From positions 1,728,001-1,792,000 of the forward strand of contig OZ243956.1 of the NCBI GenBank assembly GCA_965214405.1: a stretch of 64,000 nucleotides of DNA. Reading direction: 5' to 3'. Below are positions 37,877 to 46,972 of the stretch, one piece after another. The position numbers and the translations under genes are program-made. This DNA comes from Trueperaceae bacterium (GTDB lineage Bacteria > Deinococcota > Deinococci > Deinococcales > Trueperaceae). The notes beneath the pieces were generated by a model. That model ran no database searches. It was not told the DNA's origin and saw only the letters and a list, made by a program, of their open reading frames with translations. Every line of letters starts with the position of its first letter. The stretch's first letter is position 1.

Positions 37877-39190
37877 ATGGGATTTTACTTCTGGTTTATC
37901 ATCACAGGTTTTCTTCTTACCTTTATGGCGCTCGCTGGCTCGGTGCTCAAGCGGCTTCCCCTCTCGGCGTCGCTCCTCTACTTGGCGGCGGGACTGCTCG
38001 TGGGTCCGCTGGGTTTGGGGATGCTCACGCTCGACCCGCTCGGCGAGGGCGAGGTGAAATTTATCGAGCGGTTGTCCGAGACGGTCGTGGTGCTGTCGCT
38101 TTTTGCGGCGGGGCTCAAGATGCGTATTCCCTTCCGCGACCCCAGGTGGCGGCTGCCCCTGCTCCTGGCCTTTGGGTCGATGACGCTCACCGTGGCCTTT
38201 ATTACGGGCATAGGCGTGTGGCTGCTCGGGCTGCCGCTCGGCGGCGCGGTGCTCTTGGGCGCGGTGCTCGCGCCCACCGACCCGGTGCTGGCCTCGGACG
38301 TGCAGGTCGAAAACGCCAGAGACGACGACCTGCTGCGCTTCACGCTCACCGGTGAGGCGGGCTTTAACGACGGCACGGCGTTCCCCTTTGTGATGCTGGG
38401 CCTGGGGCTGCTCGGGCTGCACGAACTCGGCGCGTACGGCTGGCGCTGGTTCGTGCTCGATGTCGGCTGGGCGATCGTGGGCGGGTTGGCGATAGGCGCG
38501 CTTTTGGGCGCGGCGACGGGGCGGCTCGTGGTTTACCTCCGCAAAGAGCACCGGGAGGCGGTGGGACTGGACGATTTTCTGGCGCTCGGCCTCGTTTTCT
38601 TGGCCTACGGTATCGCGCTGTGGGCGAACACCTACGCCTTTTTGGCCGCGTTCGCGGCGGGCTTGGCGCTGCGGGCGGTCGAGCGCCACCACACCCCCGA
38701 CGGGACGGAAGAGCCCTCCGCGGAGGTTGCGGCGGCGGCGGAGCAGGGTGAAGGCGAGGAGGTCGCGGTAGACCCTGAAAAAGCCCCGGCCTATATGGCG
38801 TCGGCGGTCTTGGGCTTTACCGAGCAGTTCGAGCGCATCGGCGCGGTGGCGATGGTCGTCCTCGTCGGCGCGCTTCTATACTACGCCGAATGGAGCTGGG
38901 ACGCTCTATGGTTCGTGCCTTTGACGTTTTTTGTGGTGCGCCCCCTCGCGGTGTGGTTGGGGCTCCTGGGCTCGCACACGGACGACCTAAGCGAAGGCTT
39001 TATCGCCTGGTTCGGGATTCGCGGCATCGGCTCGGTCTACTACCTCATGTTCGCCGCGAACCACGGGCTGCCCGACGATGTCGCCTACAAAATCTTGTCT
39101 CTCACCCTCATCACCATCGCCGCCAGCTCCTTTGTTCACGGCGTGTCGGTCACACCGTTTATGGCCTGGTACCGCAAAAGAACAGGGTGA
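37877..39190 (+). CDS. CPA1-family cation/H+ antiporter (NhaP-like)
   Basis: LAPTDPVLA, GEAGFNDG, WFGIRGIGS; about 12 TMs. Confidence 0.9.
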   Translation: MGFYFWFIITGFLLTFMALAGSVLKRLPLSASLLYLAAGLLVGPLGLGMLTLDPLGEGEVKFIERLSETVVVLSLFAAGLKMRIPFRDPRWRLPLLLAFGSMTLTVAFITGIGVWLLGLPLGGAVLLGAVLAPTDPVLASDVQVENARDDDLLRFTLTGEAGFNDGTAFPFVMLGLGLLGLHELGAYGWRWFVLDVGWAIVGGLAIGALLGAATGRLVVYLRKEHREAVGLDDFLALGLVFLAYGIALWANTYAFLAAFAAGLALRAVERHHTPDGTEEPSAEVAAAAEQGEGEEVAVDPEKAPAYMASAVLGFTEQFERIGAVAMVVLVGALLYYAEWSWDALWFVPLTFFVVRPLAVWLGLLGSHTDDLSEGFIAWFGIRGIGSVYYLMFAANHGLPDDVAYKILSLTLITIAASSFVHGVSVTPFMAWYRKRTG

Positions 39191-39387
39191 CGCGGGCTTT
39201 GGCGCAGGGTTTTGGCGCTCAGTTGAGCTTTCGCCGCTCACGGATTTACTCAAGCTCGAGCGCATCCCCAGCACCCACCCTTGAGCTTTCTTGATTCTCA
39301 CTTTTCACTTCCTACTTCTCTTCGCCACAGCAAACCCCGTAGCAAACTCCACGGCGCAACCCAAACCTCAACAGCGAAAGGCCAGCC

Positions 39388-40299
39388 ATGAGCCAAGAAG
39401 ACCCGAACGCCTCAGAAGAACCCAAGGGGTTAGACGCCGACCTCGCCGAAGCGGCACCCTCGAAGGGAGAAGCGGTCGACGATTTTTTTAATACCAATGA
39501 AATTTTCAAGCGCGTGCTGGCGACGGCGGAAGAGGAACTCGAGCGCCCCTTATCAACCTTTTTTTGGGGCGCGCTGACCGCGGGTCTCGTTATCGGCTTT
39601 TCTTTTCTCGCGCGCGTCGTGGTGACCGCGGCGCTACCGGGTGAAGGCAACGAACTCGTCGGCAACCTGCTCTATCCGGTGGGGTTTATCTTCGTTATTT
39701 TGGGCCGCTACCCGCTCTACACCGAGAACACGCTCACGCCCGTGGCGCTCGCGCTCACGCGGTTTGCCTCCCTGCGCGACCTCTTGCAGGTGTGGGGCGT
39801 GTCACTTTTTGCCAACCTGTTGGGCGCGCTTCTCTTCGCGCTCCTTTTGGCCCGTACGGGCATCTTGATGGGCGACCAGATAGAGGTCGCCAAGGGCTTT
39901 GGCGAACACCTTATTCACACGAGCTGGTCAGACGCATTTTTCAAGGCGATCTTGGCCGGTTGGCTCCTCGCCAGCCTGGTGTGGCTCGTCCACGCCGCCA
40001 GAGACACCGTGGCGCGCCTCTTTCTCATCTGGTTGGTAATTTACTTACAAATTACCGCCGACCTCTTTCACTGCATCGTGGGTTCAGCCGAAGTATTCTA
40101 CGTGATGTTGACCGGCGGCTCGAGCCTCTGGACCTACCTCTGGGGCTTTCTCGCGCCCTCCGTTTTAGGCAACACCATCGGCGGCGTGGTGTTCGTCGCC
40201 ATTCTCAACTACGCGCAGTTTAACGAGAGTCACATTGCCGACCGCGGTAAGAGGCTCTCCTGGCGTGAGTGGTGGTTGGAGCGGGGGAAAACGGCTTAG
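39388..40299 (+). CDS. Formate/nitrite transporter family protein (YfdC-like)
   Basis: ELERP, YPVGFI, LYTENT, HCIVG, GNTIGG. Confidence 0.88.
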   Translation: MSQEDPNASEEPKGLDADLAEAAPSKGEAVDDFFNTNEIFKRVLATAEEELERPLSTFFWGALTAGLVIGFSFLARVVVTAALPGEGNELVGNLLYPVGFIFVILGRYPLYTENTLTPVALALTRFASLRDLLQVWGVSLFANLLGALLFALLLARTGILMGDQIEVAKGFGEHLIHTSWSDAFFKAILAGWLLASLVWLVHAARDTVARLFLIWLVIYLQITADLFHCIVGSAEVFYVMLTGGSSLWTYLWGFLAPSVLGNTIGGVVFVAILNYAQFNESHIADRGKRLSWREWWLERGKTA

Positions 40300-40326
40300 T
40301 TCGTCCTGAGTTTACGCCGCGCGTTT

Positions 40327-40707
40327 TTGGGCTCGAGTCACATCTGGCTCCTGGCTCGCGTGGTGACTTTTTGGCTTCTAAACATACCCGCTCGAGCGCC
40401 AACGCTGGTGATACTGTGGGGTGTGCTCCTCGGGTTTATCAAAACGCTAGTCATAGGCTTGTTGCACATTCTTGCCGCCTACCTGCTCGTGTTTTGGGGC
40501 CTCGCTTTCCTCGTTAGGTGGACGGGCGTGCCGGAAGTCGCGCCTGTCGTGGCGCTCTTTTTCTCCCTTCCGATTTTAGTGATAGGCATTCTTCGCGCGT
40601 CGTTCGACTCCTACCGCAGGATTCCCGCGTTGGGCTGGGTCGGCGCGGGCATGATGGTGTCGGTCGGGACGGTGTTCTTGGTGGCAATCATTATCAGCAA
40701 ACCTTAG
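40327..40707 (+). CDS. Hypothetical membrane protein
   Basis: Three to four hydrophobic segments; start uncertain. Confidence 0.45.
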   Translation: MGSSHIWLLARVVTFWLLNIPARAPTLVILWGVLLGFIKTLVIGLLHILAAYLLVFWGLAFLVRWTGVPEVAPVVALFFSLPILVIGILRASFDSYRRIPALGWVGAGMMVSVGTVFLVAIIISKP

Positions 40708-40801
40708 AACTTCTTAGCCGCGGACACACCAACACGTAAAGCCGTTTCTGTACCGCATTCAGCACACCCTCTCACACAGCATGTGAATCAGCGTGCTCGA
40801 G

Positions 40802-41083
40802 TCACTCCCGCTTCGTCCGCTCATCGGCACCTTTACGTCGTTTTCTCTTCAACCATTCGTAGAAACTGACAAAGAAAGTCGAAGCACAGAGAAAAAAGGT
40901 GATGGCGCTCAAGAAATCCCCACCAGCACCCGGATTGGTAGGGGTGTAAAACAGAGAAAAAACTCCCAACACCAGCGAGAAAACGAACAGGATTGCCGTC
41001 ACATAAAGCACGATTCTCACCTCATTAAGAGAGTATAAGAACCTGAACCCGCCTCGAGCCTCACTATAGCGCCCGCTCAACAA
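40802..41083 (-). CDS. Hypothetical 2-TM protein
   Basis: Two hydrophobic segments with a basic tail; AT-richer. Confidence 0.45.
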   Translation of the reverse strand: MLSGRYSEARGGFRFLYSLNEVRIVLYVTAILFVFSLVLGVFSLFYTPTNPGAGGDFLSAITFFLCASTFFVSFYEWLKRKRRKGADERTKRE

Positions 41084-41104
41084 AAGGTGAACAAGGCTGG
41101 AGGC

Positions 41105-42001
41105 TTACATCTCCGCGCGCACCGCGTCTTTTGAGGGGACGATCCTCGAGCCCTCCTCCTTCGCGTACACCTGCGTAAATTCCGCGCCGAAAAAGAGGAT
41201 TTGGGCGGAGTAGTAGATCCACAAGAGGAGAATCACGAGCGAACCCGCCGCGCCGTAAGTCGAGGCGACGCCGCCCCTCGAGAGGTACCAGCTAATCAAA
41301 AACTTGCCAATCACGAACAGGAGCGAGGTGACCGCCGCGCCTATCCACACGTCGCCCCAGCTTATTTTCACGTCTGGCAGATACTTGAAAATGAGCGCGA
41401 AAAGCAGCGTGATGACGCCAAAGGACACGACGATATTGACAATCTGCCAGATGAAATCCGCACCGGGCAGTACATCGGTAAAGTAGGCTCCCACAACCTC
41501 TAAAGCCGTACTCAGCACCAGCGACACGAGCAGCAAGAAAGCGATGACCAGAACCATCCCGAGCGAGAGTAGGCGGACCATAAGCAGGTGCAACACGCCG
41601 CCCTTGTCAGGATTGGGCTTGACCTCCCAAATGGTATTGAGCGCGGTCTGAAGCTGCGCGAACACGCCCGTCGCGCCCACGAGCAGCGTGATGGTGCCCA
41701 GAACCGTCGCCAGAACGCCGCCGCCCGACTCCGCCTGAGCGTCCAACACGCCCTTAATGGTCTCTGCAACATTGGGACTGGTGAGGCCCCCAATCTGGTC
41801 GATGATCTGCCCCTTCGCGTCACTCTGCCCATAGATAATGCCGAGAATGCCAACGATAATGACCAGCAAGGGCGCGAGCGAGAAGATGGTGTAGTAGGCC
41901 AAAGCGGCGGCGAACATGGGCGCTTTGTCGTCGCTCCACTCGGTGAAGGTTTGCTTGAGAAGGTTGAAAAGTCGCTTTGGATTCAAGGAAGTTCCCCCCA
42001 T
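41105..42001 (-). CDS. YihY/virulence factor BrkB family membrane protein
   Basis: AAALAYYTIFSLAPLL, YGAAGSLVILLLWIYYS, GAEF. Confidence 0.92.
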   Translation of the reverse strand: MGGTSLNPKRLFNLLKQTFTEWSDDKAPMFAAALAYYTIFSLAPLLVIIVGILGIIYGQSDAKGQIIDQIGGLTSPNVAETIKGVLDAQAESGGGVLATVLGTITLLVGATGVFAQLQTALNTIWEVKPNPDKGGVLHLLMVRLLSLGMVLVIAFLLLVSLVLSTALEVVGAYFTDVLPGADFIWQIVNIVVSFGVITLLFALIFKYLPDVKISWGDVWIGAAVTSLLFVIGKFLISWYLSRGGVASTYGAAGSLVILLLWIYYSAQILFFGAEFTQVYAKEEGSRIVPSKDAVRAEM

Positions 42002-42195
42002 TTGGTTTGATACTGGGCTCGAGGCGGGTACGCCAACGTCGTTCTAATATATCCTAAGCTGCATGACAAAAGCTTCACGACAAAGGACGCGACCGCTTAC
42101 CACGACGCGCTATCCGAACACGCCGAGAGGCACGAGCCTTCAGTCGCCCTCGTTAGGACCGACGGCTGGACCTGGCGCGACGCTAAGAAACCGCG

Positions 42196-43017
42196 ATGCC
42201 AAAGGGTAGAGATGCGGAACGCGCCAAGACGTGGGTGGGGGGGTTGGCTCGAGCCGGGTACGTCGCCAAGGGCAGCGTTTACCTCCTTGTCGGCGTGCTC
42301 GCCGCCAGAGCGGCGCTGAGCGGCCCCGGTTCCAGCGCCGAGGGCAAGGGCGGCGCGCTCCGGGAGCTTGTGGCGCAACCCTTCGGGCGGGTGCTCCTCG
42401 TCGTCGTTGTTGTCGGGTTGGTGGGCTACACCCTCTGGCGCTTTGCCCAGGCGGCGCTGGACACGGAAGATGAGGGCTCGAGTTTGAACGGCGTCGTTTT
42501 CCGAGCAGGTTTCGCGCTGAGCGGCCTCATCTACGGGGCGTGGACTTATATCGCCCTGCGCGTACTTTTGCCCGGACGGAGCAGCCCCCAGAATCCTCAA
42601 GAGGATTGGACGGCGCGGCTCATGGCGCAGCCCTTCGGGCCGTGGCTGGTCGGCGCGTTCGGCCTGCTCATCGTCGCGGTGGGGCTTTACCAGGCGTACC
42701 GCGCGTATAGGGCCGACTTTCGAGAGAGCTTAAAGTTGAGCAAACAAGCAAAGCGCGAGACCTGGGTAACAAACGCGGGCCGGGTGGGGTTCACGGCCAA
42801 GGCGGTGGTTTACGGGCTCATCGGGATTTTTTTCGTCCAGGCGGCGCTGCGGCACAACCCGGAAGCGGCGGGGGGACTGGGCGAGGCGCTGCAAACCGTC
42901 GCGGCGAGACCCTACGGTCCCTACTTGCTGGGGCTGCTCGCGCTCGGCCTCGCCGCGTTTGGGGTTTTTTCGCTCCTGCTCGCGCGTTACCGGGCGCTTT
43001 TCGGGTCGGCGGATTAA
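42196..43017 (+). CDS. DUF1206 membrane protein
   Basis: Three repeats of 'R.G..AKG.VY...L..QPFG'. Confidence 0.85.
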   Translation: MPKGRDAERAKTWVGGLARAGYVAKGSVYLLVGVLAARAALSGPGSSAEGKGGALRELVAQPFGRVLLVVVVVGLVGYTLWRFAQAALDTEDEGSSLNGVVFRAGFALSGLIYGAWTYIALRVLLPGRSSPQNPQEDWTARLMAQPFGPWLVGAFGLLIVAVGLYQAYRAYRADFRESLKLSKQAKRETWVTNAGRVGFTAKAVVYGLIGIFFVQAALRHNPEAAGGLGEALQTVAARPYGPYLLGLLALGLAAFGVFSLLLARYRALFGSAD

Positions 43018-43026
43018 GTTTGACGC

Positions 43027-43953
43027 TTACTTCGCCGCCGCCTCTGCCGCCACCTCTGCCGCCTTCCCCTTTTCTCTCGCAAGGATGCGGGCGGGGCGTC
43101 TCGAGCGGTTCACCATCACAATGCCCACAATCGCCACCGCGCCGCCCGCCAGGGTCACCCAGCTCGGCACTTCACCGATAAAGAGCCATGAGAAGAGAAG
43201 GGAAAAAACGGGTACTGTATACAAAAAGGTCGTCACCAGCGTGACGGGCGCTTGTGAGAGCGCGTAGGAGAAGATCGCGTACGCCAGCGCCGCCGGGAAC
43301 ACGCCGATGTAGACGGTCGCCCAGAAGGGCTCGAGCGCCGCGCCCGCCACCGCCGCCGGAAAACCCGGCAGGAACACGAGCAGCGGCAGCGTGCCCGCCC
43401 AGGTCGCAAAGGCGGTCACCTCGACCGCTTTATAGCGGGCAAACAGCGGCTTTTGCAGCACAAAATAAAAGGCCGTGGTCACCGACGAGAGCAAAATAAG
43501 CAGCGCGTAAGGATTAAACCCGAACGCCGCCTCCTCACCCCAGACGATCAGCGCCACGCCCAAAAAGGACACAGCGATGCCGCCCCAACCCAGAGGCGGT
43601 AAACGGTCACCGAGCATAAAAAACGCGACGACCGCGGTGATGGCGGGCGCGGTGGCGATGATGAGACTCGCCGCGCCCGCCGTGACGTACAGTTCACCGT
43701 AGTTGAGCGCCAAGTGATAAATGGTCACGCCCAAAAGTCCTAACAGAAAAAACATGGGCAGGTCGCGCCGCGCGGGCAGGAGGCGTTTTTTAGTCCCTGC
43801 CAAGTAGGGCGCAAAGCAGAGCGAGGCGACGAGAAAGCGGCCCAGCGTCAGGTGAGCCGCCGAAAAGCCTTCCAACCCCACCTTGATGAGCGGAAACGCC
43901 GAACCCCAAAGGACTGCCAACAGAAGCAGGCTGAGGAGGACTCTACGGCTCAC
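43027..43953 (-). CDS. DMT/EamA family transporter
   Basis: LWGSAFP, RF, two EamA halves, about 10 TMs. Confidence 0.9.
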   Translation of the reverse strand: MSRRVLLSLLLLAVLWGSAFPLIKVGLEGFSAAHLTLGRFLVASLCFAPYLAGTKKRLLPARRDLPMFFLLGLLGVTIYHLALNYGELYVTAGAASLIIATAPAITAVVAFFMLGDRLPPLGWGGIAVSFLGVALIVWGEEAAFGFNPYALLILLSSVTTAFYFVLQKPLFARYKAVEVTAFATWAGTLPLLVFLPGFPAAVAGAALEPFWATVYIGVFPAALAYAIFSYALSQAPVTLVTTFLYTVPVFSLLFSWLFIGEVPSWVTLAGGAVAIVGIVMVNRSRRPARILAREKGKAAEVAAEAAAK

Positions 43954-44023
43954 CGCATCACCTTAACATTGAAGGCAGAGTTGCTAAGACCACGCCGCCC
44001 TTTTTGATTGAATCAACCTTGGG

Positions 44024-44290
44024 CTATTCGAAATCTTCAGGAACCTGCTCTAGCTGTCTCTCTAAGTTCCAAATTAACGGTTTTTTATCGTGCTCACGCC
44101 AAATGGCTCCTTGCCGCAACCACGCCTGTCTGTAACGCTTTGCCCCCCTTGGAGTAGCATCCTGATATCCAAACTCCACTCCGCAACAGGGACAATAGTC
44201 AAAGAGAGGTGTGCGACCGTCATCCCCCCATGAAGGGTCGTCTTGACGGAGTCCGCACACTCTACAGAACATGAAGCTTTCAATAGGCAT
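44024..44290 (-). CDS. Small Cys-rich protein (CRVCG...CPCCGVEFG), possibly immunity-like
   Basis: Two Cys pairs; AT-richer than flanks. Confidence 0.6.
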   Translation of the reverse strand: MPIESFMFCRVCGLRQDDPSWGDDGRTPLFDYCPCCGVEFGYQDATPRGAKRYRQAWLRQGAIWREHDKKPLIWNLERQLEQVPEDFE

Positions 44291-44326
44291 TAAGGTAGGC
44301 CGGATCTAATAATCTCTGCCGCTCTT

Positions 44327-45310
44327 TTACGCGGGCAGCATGACCGGGCGACCGCAGGCGCAGAGTTCCTCGTCGCGGACCATCGTCGCCTGGCCTTCGC
44401 GGTACCAGAGCGTATCGCACTCGGGGCAGCGGATTTCGTTTTCGGAGATGCTGCGAATCGCCGGGGGCTCGATCCAGCGTTTTTCGCCGCACCAGTGACA
44501 GACGACCTCGGCCCCGCCGTCCTCTTCGATCATCGCCTCGCGCTCGCCCCGCGTAAAGTAAGCGAGGGCGTCAAGCGCTTTTTGGTCGCTACAGCGGCAC
44601 TCGAAGCGTAGCGGCAGCGCGTCGGGGGTGAGGAGTTCGAACTCTAAGCCTTGGCAAAGCGCCTCGACAATCTCCAAGAGACTCATCCGGCCCATCGCGG
44701 CGGTGAGCTGGCCCAGCGCCGTGACGTTCTCACCCAAGCGCGTCAGCGTGTCCTCTTCAGCGCCCGGCAGCGCCTGCAACACGACGCCGCCCGACCGAGC
44801 AACCTTGCCGCCCTCAACGTACACGCCCAGCAGCACCGCCGAGGCGACCTGCTCGGACTGCGCCAAAAAGACGGTGATGTCGTCCGCAATCTCGCCCGAG
44901 GTGAGGGGCACGGACGAGCTATAGGGCTCGCCGTAGGGCGCGTGTGAGCGGATGACTTGAATGTCGCCCGCGCCCAAGGCCCCGCCCACGTCGAGCTTGC
45001 CGTCGGGCCGGAGGGGGAGGTGAACGTTCGGATTGGTGACGTAGCCGCGCACCGCGCCGTCCAACCCGGCCTCGGCGATCACGCCGCCCAGGGGGCCGTC
45101 GCCGCGCAGGCGCAACGTCACGCGGTCTTGCGGGTTTTTGAGGAGCACGTGCGACAGCAAGAGCGCTCCCGTAAGGGTGCGGCCCAGGGCCGCCGTCGCG
45201 GTGGGCAGGGTGTCGTGGCGCGCGCGCGCCTCTTCAACGAGCGCGGTGGTGTCGGCGGCAACCACACGAACGGAGCCGCGCGCCGCTAGGCCGCGAAGCA
45301 AGTAAGACAT
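44327..45310 (-). CDS. hslO: Hsp33 redox-regulated chaperone with C-terminal extension
   Basis: ALGRTLT, GDGPLG, VRGY, SGEIADD, SEQ, CRCS...CHWC. Confidence 0.93.
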   Translation of the reverse strand: MSYLLRGLAARGSVRVVAADTTALVEEARARHDTLPTATAALGRTLTGALLLSHVLLKNPQDRVTLRLRGDGPLGGVIAEAGLDGAVRGYVTNPNVHLPLRPDGKLDVGGALGAGDIQVIRSHAPYGEPYSSSVPLTSGEIADDITVFLAQSEQVASAVLLGVYVEGGKVARSGGVVLQALPGAEEDTLTRLGENVTALGQLTAAMGRMSLLEIVEALCQGLEFELLTPDALPLRFECRCSDQKALDALAYFTRGEREAMIEEDGGAEVVCHWCGEKRWIEPPAIRSISENEIRCPECDTLWYREGQATMVRDEELCACGRPVMLPA

Positions 45311-45511
45311 AAATTTTCCTCTCGTAGACGCTGACAGGGGCTGCTAAAGCAGCCGTGACAAGGTCGATGGGCGTCTCCACCATCAGTAGAAAGGAGTATA
45401 AATCCGGCTGCGTGAGCGTGCCGTAAGGCTCCTGACGAGGAAGCGAAAACGCCAACGGAAATTTGTTGACTCATCTTACGCACGAGTTGATGGTTTCTCA
45501 AACCGTCTGGT

Positions 45512-45595
45512 GAATAGGGTGATAGGGAGTAGAGAGGTGAGAAGCACAAGCTCTTGGCTTTGTTCCCATCACCCCACCTCCCTTGCTCCCCGCCT
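45512..45595. repeat. Octamer-periodic purine-arm/pyrimidine-arm element
   Basis: gaataggg tgataggg agtagaga ggtgagaa ... tcccatca ccccacct cccttgct ccccgcct. Confidence 0.65.
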
Positions 45596-45720
45596 TGGCT
45601 CATACAAACATCCACGTGACGTGAACGATTAGGCAGGCTTGCGTACAGGACTCGAGCAGAGAACAGAGGAGCCTCCCCGACTTTACTTCTCGCTTATATT
45701 TTCTCACCTATGTTGAGGTT

Positions 45721-46212
45721 CTACGCCCCCTCGTAACGCTCGCGGTGACGCTTTTTCATCTCCTTGTAACGCGGGTTCTCTCTGGCCTCCACATATTTTT
45801 CGTAGAAGATAGCCGCCGACTCCGCTTTCTCCTCGTCTATCTCACGCGGCAATTGCTCGCGTCCGTGAGAGCCGCTCTGCCCCTTTTTATCCGCTGGCAC
45901 AGGACCCTTGTATTTTTTGCCGCCCTTGTGGTTGGCGTAGCGGCGCGAGCGCGTCCAGCCCATCTGCAAAAACTTGCGCGCCATGTCCGCGCCCACAAAA
46001 TCATCTTGCTCCAGATAGGCGTGAAACATCTCAAAAAGCTTGTCAGAAGATTCCCTGGCGACGTCGGGCGTCCGGAAGCGCCAGTGGGGCAGCAGTTCGC
46101 CCTTGTAGGGCTCGACCAAAAGCACACCCTGTTCGCCCTTGCCGACGCGGTAGAGGTCGGGGCGCTCGCGGAAGTTGACGGTTTTGAAGTCGAGGTCGTA
46201 GTCAAAGGCCAT
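45721..46212 (-). CDS. DUF4385 protein
   Basis: YRVGKGEQGVLLVEPYK, WRFRTP, DMARKFLQMG.TRSRRYANHKGG. Confidence 0.88.
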   Translation of the reverse strand: MAFDYDLDFKTVNFRERPDLYRVGKGEQGVLLVEPYKGELLPHWRFRTPDVARESSDKLFEMFHAYLEQDDFVGADMARKFLQMGWTRSRRYANHKGGKKYKGPVPADKKGQSGSHGREQLPREIDEEKAESAAIFYEKYVEARENPRYKEMKKRHRERYEGA

Positions 46213-46470
46213 AGGTCATTTTATATTCTGCACCTTACCTATCTCACAGGGCTTCGCTCACGGTTTTATCTCACAGCATCTCATTTGACGGTTTTGACAG
46301 TTTCGACAGTGGCGAACCGCCCCACGTTGCGATAAGCTAAGCAGTGTTGCCGCGCGCTTCTGCTAAACGGGGGCGCGCTCGAGACGCGCGCCGCGCAAAC
46401 CATCAAGACTCAGATCAAGACCCGGTCGGCGTGACGCGTCAGAGAAAAGACAAAGAACCAAGGAGATGGC

Positions 46471-46803
46471 ATGACGGAAAATAAGCTCAACGACGGTTTG
46501 GTTTTTTACGGTCTCGCCTTTACCCAGCTCGGCGCGCTCGGCGTGCTCTTTTTTTGGGTCATCGGCACCGTGCTCGACGTCAATTTTGGGACGGTCGCGT
46601 ACGCGCGGGCGGTCCAGCCTTTTAGCTTTTTCTACTACGCGTATCCCTTTGTGGTGGCGGCTTGTGTGGTGGTGGCGTGGGGGCTTTTCTGGTTTCGCTA
46701 CTACCGGGCGGCGCTCGCGCTGAGCGGGCTGCCGCTGGCGGCGGTGGTGTTTTATTACCTTATCTTGGTTCAGCAAGGGGCGCAGGTGCTGCCCCAGGTG
46801 TAA
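46471..46803 (+). CDS. Hypothetical 3-TM membrane protein
   Basis: AAGGAG RBS; three hydrophobic segments. Confidence 0.6.
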   Translation: MTENKLNDGLVFYGLAFTQLGALGVLFFWVIGTVLDVNFGTVAYARAVQPFSFFYYAYPFVVAACVVVAWGLFWFRYYRAALALSGLPLAAVVFYYLILVQQGAQVLPQV

Positions 46804-46972
46804 CGGGTGGTGCGGGACGAACCGTAAAGAAGTCGAGGCTGAGTTCTGTTGACGTTTGGGTTAGCCGAGCAAGTTCTTAGGGGGGTTGGAAAAAGTAAGG
46901 CGACCTTGAAGCGCTGGTCTTGATGTGTTCGTTGCGAAGCTGAACGCATTCGCAAACAGCAGACCTATACCC

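Noticed and set aside
45311..45480. RNA thermometer or riboswitch in the long hslO leader
   Set aside because: A TAAGAT box and two short hairpins are visible, but pairing over the SD is weak and no family consensus is recognisable.
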